Positions 1 to 10,776 of a DNA stretch of 50,102 nt are shown here, one piece after another. Each line of letters opens with the position of its first letter. The first letter of the stretch is position 1. Source of the DNA: Octopus bimaculoides (taxonomy: Eukaryota). The stretch lies in contig NC_068983.1 of the NCBI RefSeq assembly GCF_001194135.2, positions 89,742,098 through 89,792,199 on the forward strand. The letters are read 5' to 3'. Below the pieces are notes generated by a model. The model saw nothing but the letters and a program-made list of their open reading frames with translations. It ran no database searches and was not told the DNA's origin. Made by a program: the position numbers and the translations under genes.

Positions 1-363
1 CCCTAAAAGAAATGGAAAAACTTTCAAAATACAAAGACCTGGAAATAGAGGTAACTCGAATGTGGAATCTAAAAACAGAAACAATTCCTATCATAGTAGG
101 TGCCTTAGGTATAATAAAAAAAGTATTCAGACAAATACATAACAAAAACACCAGGACTTACAAATATATATAACATACAGAAAATTGCACTACTGGGCAC
201 TGCACACATCCTACGCAAAACACTTTCAATACAGTAACCATAAGAGCATCACAGCAAACCACAGCACATACCCAAGGCGCACAGAGCTGCGCTCGGTAGT
301 GAAGTGAAAGCATGTTATAAAAATAAAACTACTGAACAATAATAATAATAATAATAATAATAA
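1..363 (+). mobile_element. 3' end of an R4/Dong-like non-LTR retrotransposon (restriction-like endonuclease domain, 3' UTR, (AAT)n tail)
   Basis: Manual translation from base 3: LKEMEKLSKYKDLEIEVTRMWNLKTETIPIIVGALGIIKK / (frameshift) YSDKYITKTPGLTNIYNIQKIALLGTAHILRKTLSIQ*, stop at 235-237. This fits the RLE C-terminus pattern EK..KY.DL..E...W......P..VGALG. (AAT)n follows at about 338-363. Confidence 0.85.
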
Positions 364-1138
364 TCAGTTAGAGTAGAGCATCATAGAAAAGGAACAAAGC
401 CTAATCACTAAAACCATAATAAAATATCCATACCTTATTAACTTCAATGGCAAATATTTATAGAAAATGTATTATAATTTAAGTAAAACAATATGTCATT
501 ATTGTATAAAGTTAAAATTTAGGGTCATCAGGAAGATTTATCATTGAGGTGAGAGACCAAATTTACTATAAATTAGTTAAATTATAATCTAAGCAGTTTA
601 ATTTTAAATTATGAAGATACCCATATTGTTTTTTATAAGCTAAGTATGAATTTATAGGGGTACAAAAATTTAGGTTTGTCTAAAGGCAATTATAAAGTAT
701 TAAAATGATCAGGTAGGGTATTAAAATGGTCAGGTAGAAAAGGATATAAAATAGCCTAATCATCTCAGCCCTACTCCTAACAGATAATGCCCTTTATTCT
801 CTCAGCCTTAGATATACAAGGTTTAATAAACTAGTCTATAAATTAAAACTGATCCCATAAAAACAAATAAAATCAGTGACAGGCAGTCTTCTTGACTATT
901 TATTAACTTCTATGTTGTAGTAGAGGCAACATGTTTTTTGTCTATCTCCTTAACTTCTTGGAGATTTTAGGTATAATTATACTAATGTGTCCATTTTATT
1001 AAATTCTATGTCTTTGTGCAGCTGAGGATTGCTCTGCATTTTAAATTGATGTAATGATTACATTGTTCAGTTCAATGGAGTTGCATGAAACAATCGTACT
1101 GCATTACCTCTGGATATCCTTCTTGCTTATTTTGAATT

Positions 1139-1623
1139 CATCATCATCGTCATCATCATTGTTTAATGTCCGCTTTCCATGCTAGCATGGGTTGGACGAT
1201 TTGACTATGGACTGGTGAACCAGATGGATACACCAGGCTCCAATCTGATTTGGCAGAGTTTCTACAGCTGGATGCCCTTCCTAACGCCAACCACTCCAAG
1301 AGTGTAGTCGCTGGTAACGATCACACTCAAATGGTGCTATTTACGTGCCACCGGTACAGAAGCCAGACAGCTGCTCTGGCAACGATCACGCTCGAACGGT
1401 GCTCTTACTGATCCACTGGTACAGGTGCCATCACAATTTCGCTTTTGCTTGCCCCAACAGGTCTTCACAAGCCGAGTTTAGTGTCCAATGAAGGAGACAT
1501 TGGCATGGGGGCCAGTCGTCAAATTTAGTTCGATTTCGATTTCCCTTGCCTCAACAGGTCTTCGCAAGCGGAGTTTAGTGTCCAACGAAGGAAAGGTACA
1601 CATAAGTGGGCTGGCTACATCCC
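1139..1623 (-). mobile_element. 3' UTR/tail of the RTE LINE family (same as 24012-25623)
   Basis: Reverse complement of 25000-25623, including the (GAT)n tail, seen as (CAT)n at 1139-1160. Ends at an N gap. Confidence 0.9.
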
Positions 1624-1669
1624 TNNNNNNNNNNNNNNNNNNNNNNNNNNNNNNNNNNNNNNNNNNNNN

Positions 1670-1705
<36 letters not shown>

Positions 1706-1800
1706 GAAATTTACAGAAAAATAAAAGATGAAGACAGGTGTATGAACAACAAGCAGGGGTATTGGTTTGACACTCGGGTAAATGAAAAATGAAAAAGTAT

Positions 1801-1835
1801 TTTATGTTTTGAGCCTAAGCTCTTCAACAGAAAAG
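1801..1835 (-). ncRNA. Degenerate minimal hammerhead-like motif in PLE terminal region
   Basis: Minus strand reads CTTTTCTGTTGAAGAGCTTAGGCTCAAAACATAAA: CUG(U)UGA-A, stem GAGC/GCUC, then (G>A)AAAC(G>A)UA. Several core positions are mutated. Confidence 0.35.
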
Positions 1836-2239
1836 AATAAGAGAAAATAAACAGAGAGAGAATAAAAAAACCTGTGGATTTAACAGTCAAGCATGGCAAC
1901 TGATTATAGAAAACAAGTTTGAAAGGAGAGGTTGGAAGAAAGGGAAATAATAAAGTGATGGTGATCCCAATGAAGGTGCGCATGTGTGTATGAGTGTGAA
2001 TAAGGGCTAGTGACTTTGACAAGTTTGGGTGTGTGCATGTGTAAGTGTGCACATCTATAACATGTGGCTGCTATATAGTGGTATGTGTAGTGGTGCTATT
2101 GAAGCTCATGTATGGGTGTGGGGGTGCTGGGTAGCGGTCAGTACTAGTGTGTGTGGAGTGGTGTGGGGTGGTGGGGGTGGAGGTGTGGTGCATGCGGGGT
2201 TAGGGTGGGGGTATCAATGAAGAGAGGAAGTGGATGTCA

Positions 2240-2545
2240 GATCAAGGTGTCAGATGAAGAGAGGAGGGAATCAGATGAAGAGAGGAGAATCAGATGAAGA
2301 GAGGAGAATCAGATGAAGAGAGGAGAATCAGATGAAGAGAGGAGAATCAGATGAAGAGAGGAGAATCAGATGAAGAGAGGAGGAGAGAAGTGTTGGGGAG
2401 GGGTATCATTGAAGAGATGAGGTGGGTAGGAGTGAAGAGAGGAAGTAGATGTCAGATGAAGAGAGGAAGTAGGTGTCAGATGAAGAGAGGAAGTAGGTGT
2501 CAGATGAACAGAGTAGAGGAGAGTCAGATGAAGAGAGGAAGAGAG
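2240..2545. repeat. 19-bp minisatellite TCAGATGAAGAGAGGAGAA with 24-bp variants
   Basis: Five perfect 19-bp copies at 2271-2365. Variant units TCAGATGAAGAGAGGAAGTAG(G/A)TG occur around 2430-2500. Confidence 0.95.
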
Positions 2546-2746
2546 TTGAGCCCATGTGGTACAAAGGAGTGAAGAGAGAAGATTAATTCTTGTTCATGGT
2601 GAAGGCAGGAGTCTGGATGGCCCCTGTGCAAAGACAATCCCAACACAGATGTTGTAGTGAGTGATCAGTAGAGTGGAATTGGCACGAGACTGAGGTGTCA
2701 TTGAGGTGCTCTGCAAACTGGTCAGCCAAACAGCATCTTGTATGTA

Positions 2747-4031
2747 TGAGGGGTGTCTGAAAAGTTTTGAGCTTAACCTAGAAACAGGGCTGCTAGGTAG
2801 CTGAAATAATTTTTTCTGATAAGTAGTCTTTTCGGAGTATTCTTGCTCATTTTCATGATTCTGATATTTTAAGTTTTTTTTGTTGCAGATTTTTGAATAA
2901 ACAAGTGTTGAGGTTACAAGGAAAATGGAGGAAACTGAGTATCGTGTTGTCATAAAGTACCTTCATTTGAAAGGCATGACTCCATCAGAAATCCATGAAG
3001 ATATGGTGAGAACCTTAATAGACAATGCTCTTTCATATGCAACAGTCAAATGCTGGGTAAACGAATTCCAGCATGGCAGGGAGGGTGTGGAAGATGATCC
3101 CAGACCAGGGAGACCGCAAACTGCAACCACCGAGGAAAACATTGACCTTGCTCTTGGTATGCAAGATCGCTGAATATCATGTCATCAGATAGTCAAGAGA
3201 CTGGGCATCTCAACTGAAAGAGTAGACAACATTGTGACAAAAGAACTTGGGTTCTCAAAGGTTTCTGCAAGGTAGATTCCTCGTCTTTTGACACCTGAAC
3301 AGAAACGCACCAGGTGCACTTTGTCCACAAGCAATCTGGAGCTGTTTGAAGCCGACGAAGAGAATTTTCTTGCTCGTTTCGTTACTATGGACGAAAGTTG
3401 GGTTCATCACTACTAGCCTGAAACCAAAAAACAATAAAAGTAGTGGAAGCACACATCTTCTCCTACCCCAAAGAAGGCCAGGGTCATTCTTTCAGCTGGC
3501 AAGGTCATGGTGTCAGTTTTTGGGGATTCTCAAGGTGTCTTGCTGATCAATTACCTTGAAAAGGGTAACACCGTGACAGGGCTGTATTATTCTCAGCTAC
3601 TGAAATGCCTCCGAGAAGCAATCAGAGGAAAAAGGCTGGGAATGCTCACCAGAGGAGTCCTTTTTGATCACGACAATGCTCCAGCCCACACCTCAGTGGT
3701 TGCCGTGACAACAATTCGTGATTGTGAATACGAACTTGTTACCCATCCACCTTATTCGCCAGACTTAGCACCCTCTGACTTTCATTTATTCCCCAAAATG
3801 AAAAAAGCCCTGGCTGGTCGCCATTTTGCCAGTGACAATAATGTCATAGACGCTGTAGGAAGTTTCTTATAGTCTCAAATAAAAGAGTTCCTCTACGCCA
3901 GGATAATGGTGCTTCAGCACCGCTGGAGAAAGTGTTCAGCCATCGAGGGGGACTATGTTGAAAAATAAATCATCAGAAGTCTTATACTATCTTTTGTTTT
4001 TTTGAGGCTCAAGAATTTTCATACACACTCA
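2747..4031 (+). mobile_element. Near full-length mariner (Tc1/mariner) DNA transposon
   Basis: Imperfect TIRs: TA|TGAGGGGTGTCTGAAAAGTTTTGAGCTT on the left and AGGCTCAAGAATTTTCATACACACTCA on the right. Length about 1.3 kb, with a transposase remnant inside. Confidence 0.92.
2925..3968 (+). pseudogene. Mariner DD34D-type transposase, disrupted by stops and frameshifts
   Basis: N-terminal HTH region ending DDPRPGRP, IPRLLTPEQK (WVPxxL-like), FVTMDESWVHHY, DHDNAPAH, HPPYSPDLAPSDFHLF. In-frame stops at 3171, about 3414 and 3870. Confidence 0.93.
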
Positions 4032-4070
4032 CTCACACACACACATATATATACATATATATATATATAT

Positions 4071-4297
4071 ATCATCATCATCGTCGTTTAACGTCTGCTT
4101 TCCATGCTAGCATGGGTTGGACGATTTGACTAAGGACTGGTGAAACCAGATGGCTACACCAGGCTCCAATCTGATTTCGCAGAGTTTCTTCAGCTGGATG
4201 CCCTTCCTAACGCCAACCACTCAGTGAGTGTAGTGGGTGCTTTTACGTGTCACCCGCACGAAGGCTAGTCAGGCAGTACTGGCAACGGCCACGCTCA
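4071..4297 (-). mobile_element. RTE LINE 3' tail copy
   Basis: CATCATCGTCGTTTAACGTCTGCTTTCCATGCTAGCATGGGTTGGACG... is the reverse complement of the 25440-25623 tail. Ends at a gap. Confidence 0.9.
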
Positions 4298-4818
4298 NNN
4301 NNNNNNNNNNNNNNNNNNNNNNNNNNNNNNNNNNNNNNNNNNNNNNNNNNNNNNNNNNNNNNNNNNNNNNNNNNNNNNNNNNNNNNNNNNNNNNNNNNNN
4401 NNNNNNNNNNNNNNNNNNNNNNNNNNNNNNNNNNNNNNNNNNNNNNNNNNNNNNNNNNNNNNNNNNNNNNNNNNNNNNNNNNNNNNNNNNNNNNNNNNNN
4501 NNNNNNNNNNNNNNNNNNNNNNNNNNNNNNNNNNNNNNNNNNNNNNNNNNNNNNNNNNNNNNNNNNNNNNNNNNNNNNNNNNNNNNNNNNNNNNNNNNNN
4601 NNNNNNNNNNNNNNNNNNNNNNNNNNNNNNNNNNNNNNNNNNNNNNNNNNNNNNNNNNNNNNNNNNNNNNNNNNNNNNNNNNNNNNNNNNNNNNNNNNNN
4701 NNNNNNNNNNNNNNNNNNNNNNNNNNNNNNNNNNNNNNNNNNNNNNNNNNNNNNNNNNNNNNNNNNNNNNNNNNNNNNNNNNNNNNNNNNNNNNNNNNNN
4801 NNNNNNNNNNNNNNNNNN

Positions 4819-5155
4819 CCAATTTAACTCGATTTCGATTTCACTTGCCTCAACAGGTCTCCGCAAGTGGAGTTTAGTGTCCAATGAAGGAAGGTACACC
4901 TAAGTGGACTGGCTGAGGCCTTAGATTTAGATCTCACTTGGCTTGCTGGGTTTTCTCACACACAGCATTTGGCAGAGTTTCTACAGCTGGATGCCCTTCC
5001 TAAACGCCAACCACTCAGAGAGTGTAGTGGGTGCTTTTACCTGTCATCGGTATGAAGGCCAGTCAGGCGGTACTGGCAACGGCCACGCTCAAAATGGTGT
5101 ATTTTATGTGCCACCCGCACAAGAGCCAGTCTAGGGGCACTGGCAACGATCTCAC
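4819..5155 (-). mobile_element. Two joined RTE LINE 3' fragments
   Basis: 4819-4960 matches the reverse complement of about 24940-25100. It is fused directly to a second tail fragment starting ATTTGGCAGAGTTTCTACAGCTGGATGCCC at about 4967. Confidence 0.8.
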
Positions 5156-5619
5156 TCAAAAGTCCTTACATATATATATATATATGTATATATATACACA
5201 TGCTCACACACACACACACATCATCATCATCATTGTCATCAGTTTAAAGTTCCTTTTTTTAAGCTTCTCATGGGTCAAACAATTAATTGAGACAGATTTT
5301 CAATGACTGGATATACTTCTAGTTACCAATCTTCACCTTTTTCCAAGTAAGGTAAAATTCCCTAGCATACAGAGCAACAAATAGATTGGACATAGTTACA
5401 CAGTGAATTGGAAACAAACAACTCTATCTGAATGAAGCTCACAAATGTTAAAATATGTTAAGAAGCCCAGACATGCTTTTATAGTTGACTACAAGCAAAG
5501 TGCACTTCCTGTAATGATTTGTGAGACTGTTGCTTATAGTCAGCAAACACATGTAAAGATGAAGTGGATTATGAACTAATTACATAAATACACACACATA
5601 CACACACATCTACATAACA

Positions 5620-5768
5620 ACCAGCTTTTTCATTTTCTGTTTATTACAAGGTATTGATTAACCCAAGACTATGCAAAAACACTTCTTCAAGGTTCTACAT
5701 TGTGGTATTCAATCTGAAACCAAATGATTGTGGAGCAAACCTCTTAACCACACAGCTACAGCCATGCC
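5620..5768 (-). mobile_element. Old, diverged tRNA-head SINE fragment (family of 28536-28941)
   Basis: Ends in AACCTCTTAACCACACAGCTACAGCCATGCC, aligning by eye with TTACCACACAGCCACTCCTGCGCC at 28915-28940. Confidence 0.55.
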
Positions 5769-7867
5769 ATTATATTCTGAATTCAAATACTACTGAAATC
5801 AACAATGCTTTTCTTTCTTCCAGGAACAATAAAATTAATAATTAAAATTGATTATACACTCATCTTCTTTCAAATGTATGTCTACACCAATGTTGGAAAT
5901 CTATAATATTTTGTTTTATTTTGCTTTGTTTTGTTTTTGTAGTAAATCATTATTTTATTTGGTGGAATTATTATTTTGGCAGGATTCAATTTTGTCTCTG
6001 ATCTTTCCAGAATCAGTAAGTTTAGATACCAGTCAAGTATTGCTAAGAAAACATCTATTGCTAGAGTCATCCATATTATCACATTTGATTTGTTGCTAGG
6101 GCTGTTACCTGTTCTTTTCCTATGTAAGATACTTATTCTGTTGCTAGAAACAATATTTGTAATATGACTAAGTAGACATGTGTTCCATATCTAGTTGTTA
6201 CTGTTTCAATGACATTTTTATTGCTGCTTGAGTAATACAGTCAAATTGTTGTTGTATAGGAGTTATAAACAATGGGTATGAACAACATTTCTATTTATGG
6301 TAGATGTCAGACTATTGCTAAGTAGGTTTTCTGTATTGTTAATATGGACAACATCATCATCATTTAATATTCAATTTTCCATGCTTGCATGAGGCAGATT
6401 TTCTATTGCTGGAGTCCTTCCTATCACCAAAACTCAACAGTTTTCAGGCAAGATGATATTACCCAATGACCAGACACAGTTTTCCTGGAAAACTGGAGAT
6501 GAACATTACTTATATAACTGATGTGATGTGGCTCAGTTTCTTTTTAAGTGAGATGTGATGTATTTATCATAGGTGTGTGTGTATGTAAATGTATGTATAT
6601 CTGCATGCATGTATGTATCCATGTATGCATGTGTTTTGTTATCTTTCTTTTATGAAGAATGGGCTGGTTTCTAATTAAGAAACAAAGCTTGACTCCCACC
6701 AAGGATAAAATGTCACATGCTGAATTTTAGCAAGTTCTTATATATTTGCATGCATGTTCTTTGTATATCAGAAGGTCCTTTTTGCTATGTTCTTTTTTAT
6801 TTTTTGAATAATTTTGTCATAAAATACATAATCAAAGAATTCATCATGTTTTTCTTTTGCCAAAAGAATAGTAAAAATGTATATAAGTTTTTAATAAGTT
6901 TTAATGTAATAAATGAAAAATAAATATATAAATGTAATTTATATAAAAATTGAATATGAAATATAGTTTTGCTCTCATAACAAGGAAAAAATCAAGAAAA
7001 AAAAAGTATAAATGTAGTGAAAAATGATATAAAGTGTTAATATTTGAAAATCTTATAACAATTCCATATTTATGTAAGAAGAGAAAATATAGAATATATG
7101 GAAAAAATACCAGTATCAAGTGTCGAACAATAAAAAAAATCTATTCTGTTAGAGGCTTTGAAAAATGTCTCATGCTACAAGCATTACCCACCAAATTTCT
7201 TACTTCACCCCATAGGAGGTAATTCAATCTCATTCCCCAACCCCTATAAACAGATGAATGTTTCAGCAAATTGTATAACCTAGTTCAACTTCTCTCACAG
7301 GTGAAGCTAGAGTTATGTCAAATCCCACTGATCTCATGTTTTAGTTTGGACCAATTTCCTATTAAAGGATGCTCCTCATCATAGAATGGCAAGTAATTGG
7401 TGTCATCATCTGACAACAGACACAATCTGACACAGTTTAATGTAGTAACCCAGACATGTGTTCAAAAAGCAAAAACAATGACAATTTTTTCTAAATGTAT
7501 AATGGGTTTTTGTTTGTTTTGTTTTTTGGGTTTCTTTTTTAATACATATATGCATTCATGTCCATATTTGCTCACATCTTTATCTGTCTGTGATGTATTA
7601 AAGTAGTATTGATACTACTAATAATCTAACCCGGCTACTGAGTTGTGTTAATTATACTCAGTAAGGTAGAACCCTTTTAATTTTTCCTAGATTTTATGGT
7701 AGCTACCAGTGGTTTGAGAAACAATGGCTGATATGGGAACAGACAATTATTGTTGTTTATGTGAACATTTTTGCCCTATGTTAATTCTTTTGGAGTCCAT
7801 ATGAGCTGGCAGCACATTCTGAGAGCTACTACTATGTATGTGTAAAGTAAATACTGATATATATATC

Positions 7868-8085
7868 AACATCATCTTCATCATTATTTAACATCTATTT
7901 TCCATTCTTGCATAGATTGGATGGTTTAACAGGAACTGGCAAGTAAAAAGACTACACCAAGCTCTGCTGTCTGCTTTGGTATGGTTTCTACAACTGGATA
8001 CCCTTCCTAACACCAACTACTTTGTAGAGTATACTGGGTGCTTTTTACATGGTACCAACAGCAATGAGGTCACAAAATAACTTGC
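7868..8085 (-). mobile_element. Old diverged copy of the (GAT)n-tailed LINE/SINE 3' end
   Basis: CATCATC...TTTAACATCTATTTTCCAT...TTTCTACAACTGGATACCCTTCCTAACACCAACTAC parallels 1139-1300. Confidence 0.65.
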
Positions 8086-9289
8086 AAGACAAGACCCCTC
8101 GACTAAAGTGGAGAGTAATATTGATTAACAGAAAATGGCTTCCTGCAAAAGAAAGGAAACATGGCTACTTCGGGTGAAGAGGTAGAGGAGAGAAGGAAGA
8201 TGATGTGACAGGGAGGTGAGCAGAGACCACTCACCCAAGTTACAGGATGGTATATATAATGAAGTAGACCAGGGATTGGAGAGGGTGAGTGGGTGGGCGA
8301 ATTCACAAGATTGCAAAAAGTGGAAGATGGAGGGGAGAGTGTAATAAGAGGGCACGGGTAGAGGGAGGGGGTATTAGGAGGATATGTTGTGGAGAAGAGA
8401 CACAACAGGCACACACACAAACACATAACCCATGCCAGCATAGAAAGGAGATGTTAAATGATGATAATGATGATGATGATAATATATACATATATATCAT
8501 CATCAATGGATCATATATCAAAAAAAAGAAGCACACTCTAAATCTTAGAGCACTAATATATTTACAAGAAGTTAATTATATGGCCAGTCATAAAGTGAAC
8601 TACTTCCCTTGTTACCCATCTCAGACTATCAACATAATCCCTTACTTATTTTCCACTGAACACCCTCTCATTTCTACCATTGACAACCACCTCCTTTTTT
8701 GTAACTTACTATATCAACCCCTACATGCTTCTGACCTCTATCACTGTCACTGTACATCTCTATCTCTGCCACACTTTACATCAGCTCCCTATTTCTCATC
8801 TGTCTCAGCTTTTATTATACAGTTGTTCTCAACCTCTGCCCCTTTTTTTATGTATTACCACCTATCAACTCCTAATCCCTAACCTGCACTTATTTTCCTT
8901 TACCTCCCAAACTGAGATTCACCATTCACTGTACCTCCACTCATGTTTGCCATTTGCTATATTCGTTTGTATCCTCATCTCCAACCATCTGTCATTCTCC
9001 TTTCACACTCTTGCAAACCTATCCACCTAACCAGCTTCAATTCTCTGATCCTATTCGTCTCCTTTTATCCATCTTCTTGTACCTTGTGGCTACACTCTGA
9101 GACACCTCTTCTCCATCATCCTTTCTCCTTCTCCTGATAGGATAGCTTTGTATTTCCTCTGTAGCAAGATACTTGTTCCTGTCCCTCTGCCATATTTTAG
9201 CTTCTCAGTACCTGGCAAAAAGTTACCTCCATCAATAGTGACCCACTTTGTTGGGGGATCTTGCCTTGTAAATTAATGATGACCTTACT

Positions 9290-9455
9290 AGTCGTGGTGT
9301 AATGCAAAAAACATCCAGTACACTCTGTAAAGTAGTTGGGGTTAGGAAAGGCATCCAGCCATAGATACTATGCCATGGCAAACACTGGAACTTATAGCTG
9401 TCATCAGATCCTATTGGATTATTCAACCCATACCAGCATGGAATGCAGACATTAA

Positions 9456-9486
<31 letters not shown>

Positions 9487-9490
9487 CGAC
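9290..9490 (+). mobile_element. Old diverged copy of the (GAT)n-tailed LINE/SINE 3' end
   Basis: GTTAGGAAAGGCATCCAGCC...CAACCCATACCAGCATGGAA...ATTAAATGATCATGATGATG parallels 25480-25623. Confidence 0.65.
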
Positions 9491-10309
9491 GAGGATACAT
9501 TTACACACACAATATATAAATATACAGAGCAAGATTCCTGAAAACCTCCCTTGATCCAGGGACCTTCTTAAACTCCAAAAAGAAGTGTTTAGTCAGTGCC
9601 CTCATCTATTTTAGACATAACTGGAACTGATCTAAGGGGTATAACTCCACCTCGCCCAAATTTAATGGCAGTAGAATTTTGTTCTGGAATTTTTTGTTTA
9701 CAGAGTTAACTGATCACAGCATATTCTTCCCTCCAGTTGCAGAGAGGTTATGTATCTCCAACCAATGAGTCTGACAAGTTGCCTATACAGCTAAGTGCTT
9801 TATAGGTGCAAAACCAATGGTTGCTCTCTAACCAGCCATAACAAACAGCTTCTAAGTAAATATGTATATCTATAGGAATGAAAAAATTGAGTGGGTTATA
9901 AATGCATATGCATGTAAAGAGACATAAACATATTATACATATATAACATGGTAGAAATACATATTTGTACATTTTTAAATACTTGTATTTACATTTACAC
10001 ATATAGTGTCAAATGAAATTCCTTGCAATATTTATTCTAGATCTTTGCATTCAGAGTTCACTCTGCTTTTCATCATTTTGAGGTCAATAAATAAAGTTCC
10101 ATTTCAGAGCAAAGTTCCAATTGGCAGTTTTTAGAGCATCATACAAGATATCTTGTGATATCTGTTCTCATTCTGTGCATTCTGAGTTCAAATTCTGCAT
10201 CCAGTCTCCTTTGAAGTCTAGCAAAAGAAGAAACATCATTGATAGGCTAGAAAATTTCTTAAGCTGATGCCCAATTATTTTCAGCTTATCATTTTCAATG
10301 GTAGCATAC

Positions 10310-10422
10310 CAGCTGACATGAGACAGAAGGGGACTTTCAAATCCTGTACAATCTCCTTCTCCTTCTGTATGACTGTCTCTCTTTCTCGATTTAGATGCGA
10401 CTTAACACACGAGCTACCAAAG
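10310..10422 (-). CDS. Candidate host exon (unverified)
   Basis: Acceptor TTTTTTGGGATCATACCAG, donor CTG|GTATGC, one open frame FGSSCVKSHLNRERETVIQKEKEIVQDLKVPFCLMSA. Not recognisably repetitive. No homology recognised. Confidence 0.2.
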
Positions 10423-10678
10423 CTGGTATGATCCCAAAAAAGATGAAAAGGGCATAGTAATTTTATAACTAAGCAGCTCTTACCATAACATTTATACAAT
10501 GAACTTCCACATAATTTCCATGCACTAAACCCAAGGCTACAGTAGAAGAAACTTGCAATGTAACTGGTTCTGAAACCACACAGTTGCAAAGAGGACTTAA
10601 ACACACAGCCATGCCAGCACCTATGCATATTAATCTATTTTCAAGTTTTGTGTATTTAGTAAATATGTAAAAACTAAC

Positions 10679-10776
10679 ACTTCCTTTTTCTGAGCTGAGA
10701 TTCGAAACTGAATCTAAGGATTCTCGCTCGTCTGATCCACCACTGGCCAAACAAGTGCGAAAGAAATTTCTTTGTT
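10679..10776 (-). CDS. Candidate host exon, 98 nt (unverified)
   Basis: Acceptor CACTTTTTGACAG, donor AGT|GTTAGT, open frame QRNFFRTCLASGGSDERESLDSVSNLSSEKGS. Several CpGs are retained. No homology recognised. Confidence 0.3.

Larger units (their letters stand above)
1690..2742 (-). mobile_element. Penelope-like element 3' portion (GIY-YIG endonuclease C-terminus remnant plus terminal region)
   Basis: Minus-strand translation of 2740-2524: RCCLADQFAEHLNDTSVSCQFHSTDHSLQHL / SVLGLSLHRGHPDSCLHHEQELIFSLHSFVPHGLNSLPLFI*. This matches the PLE endonuclease end (L..RF.EHL ... E..LIF.L....P.GLN). A pyrimidine-rich 3' region follows. Confidence 0.7.

Noticed and set aside
2271-2365. Regular short repeats as a possible CRISPR array
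   Set aside because: The units are contiguous with no unique spacers, there are no cas genes, and the context is eukaryotic.
4237-4903. Long ORF-track entries made of X (also near 11.8, 14.0-14.8, 17.1-17.5, 19.9-20.6 and 23.6-24.2 kb)
   Set aside because: They are read-through of N gaps, not coding sequence.
5983-6015. 33-nt plus-strand micro-exon (TTTTGGCAG ... GTAAGT; DSILSLIFPES)
   Set aside because: Splice-like signals of this kind arise by chance in AT-rich DNA, and nothing else supports it.
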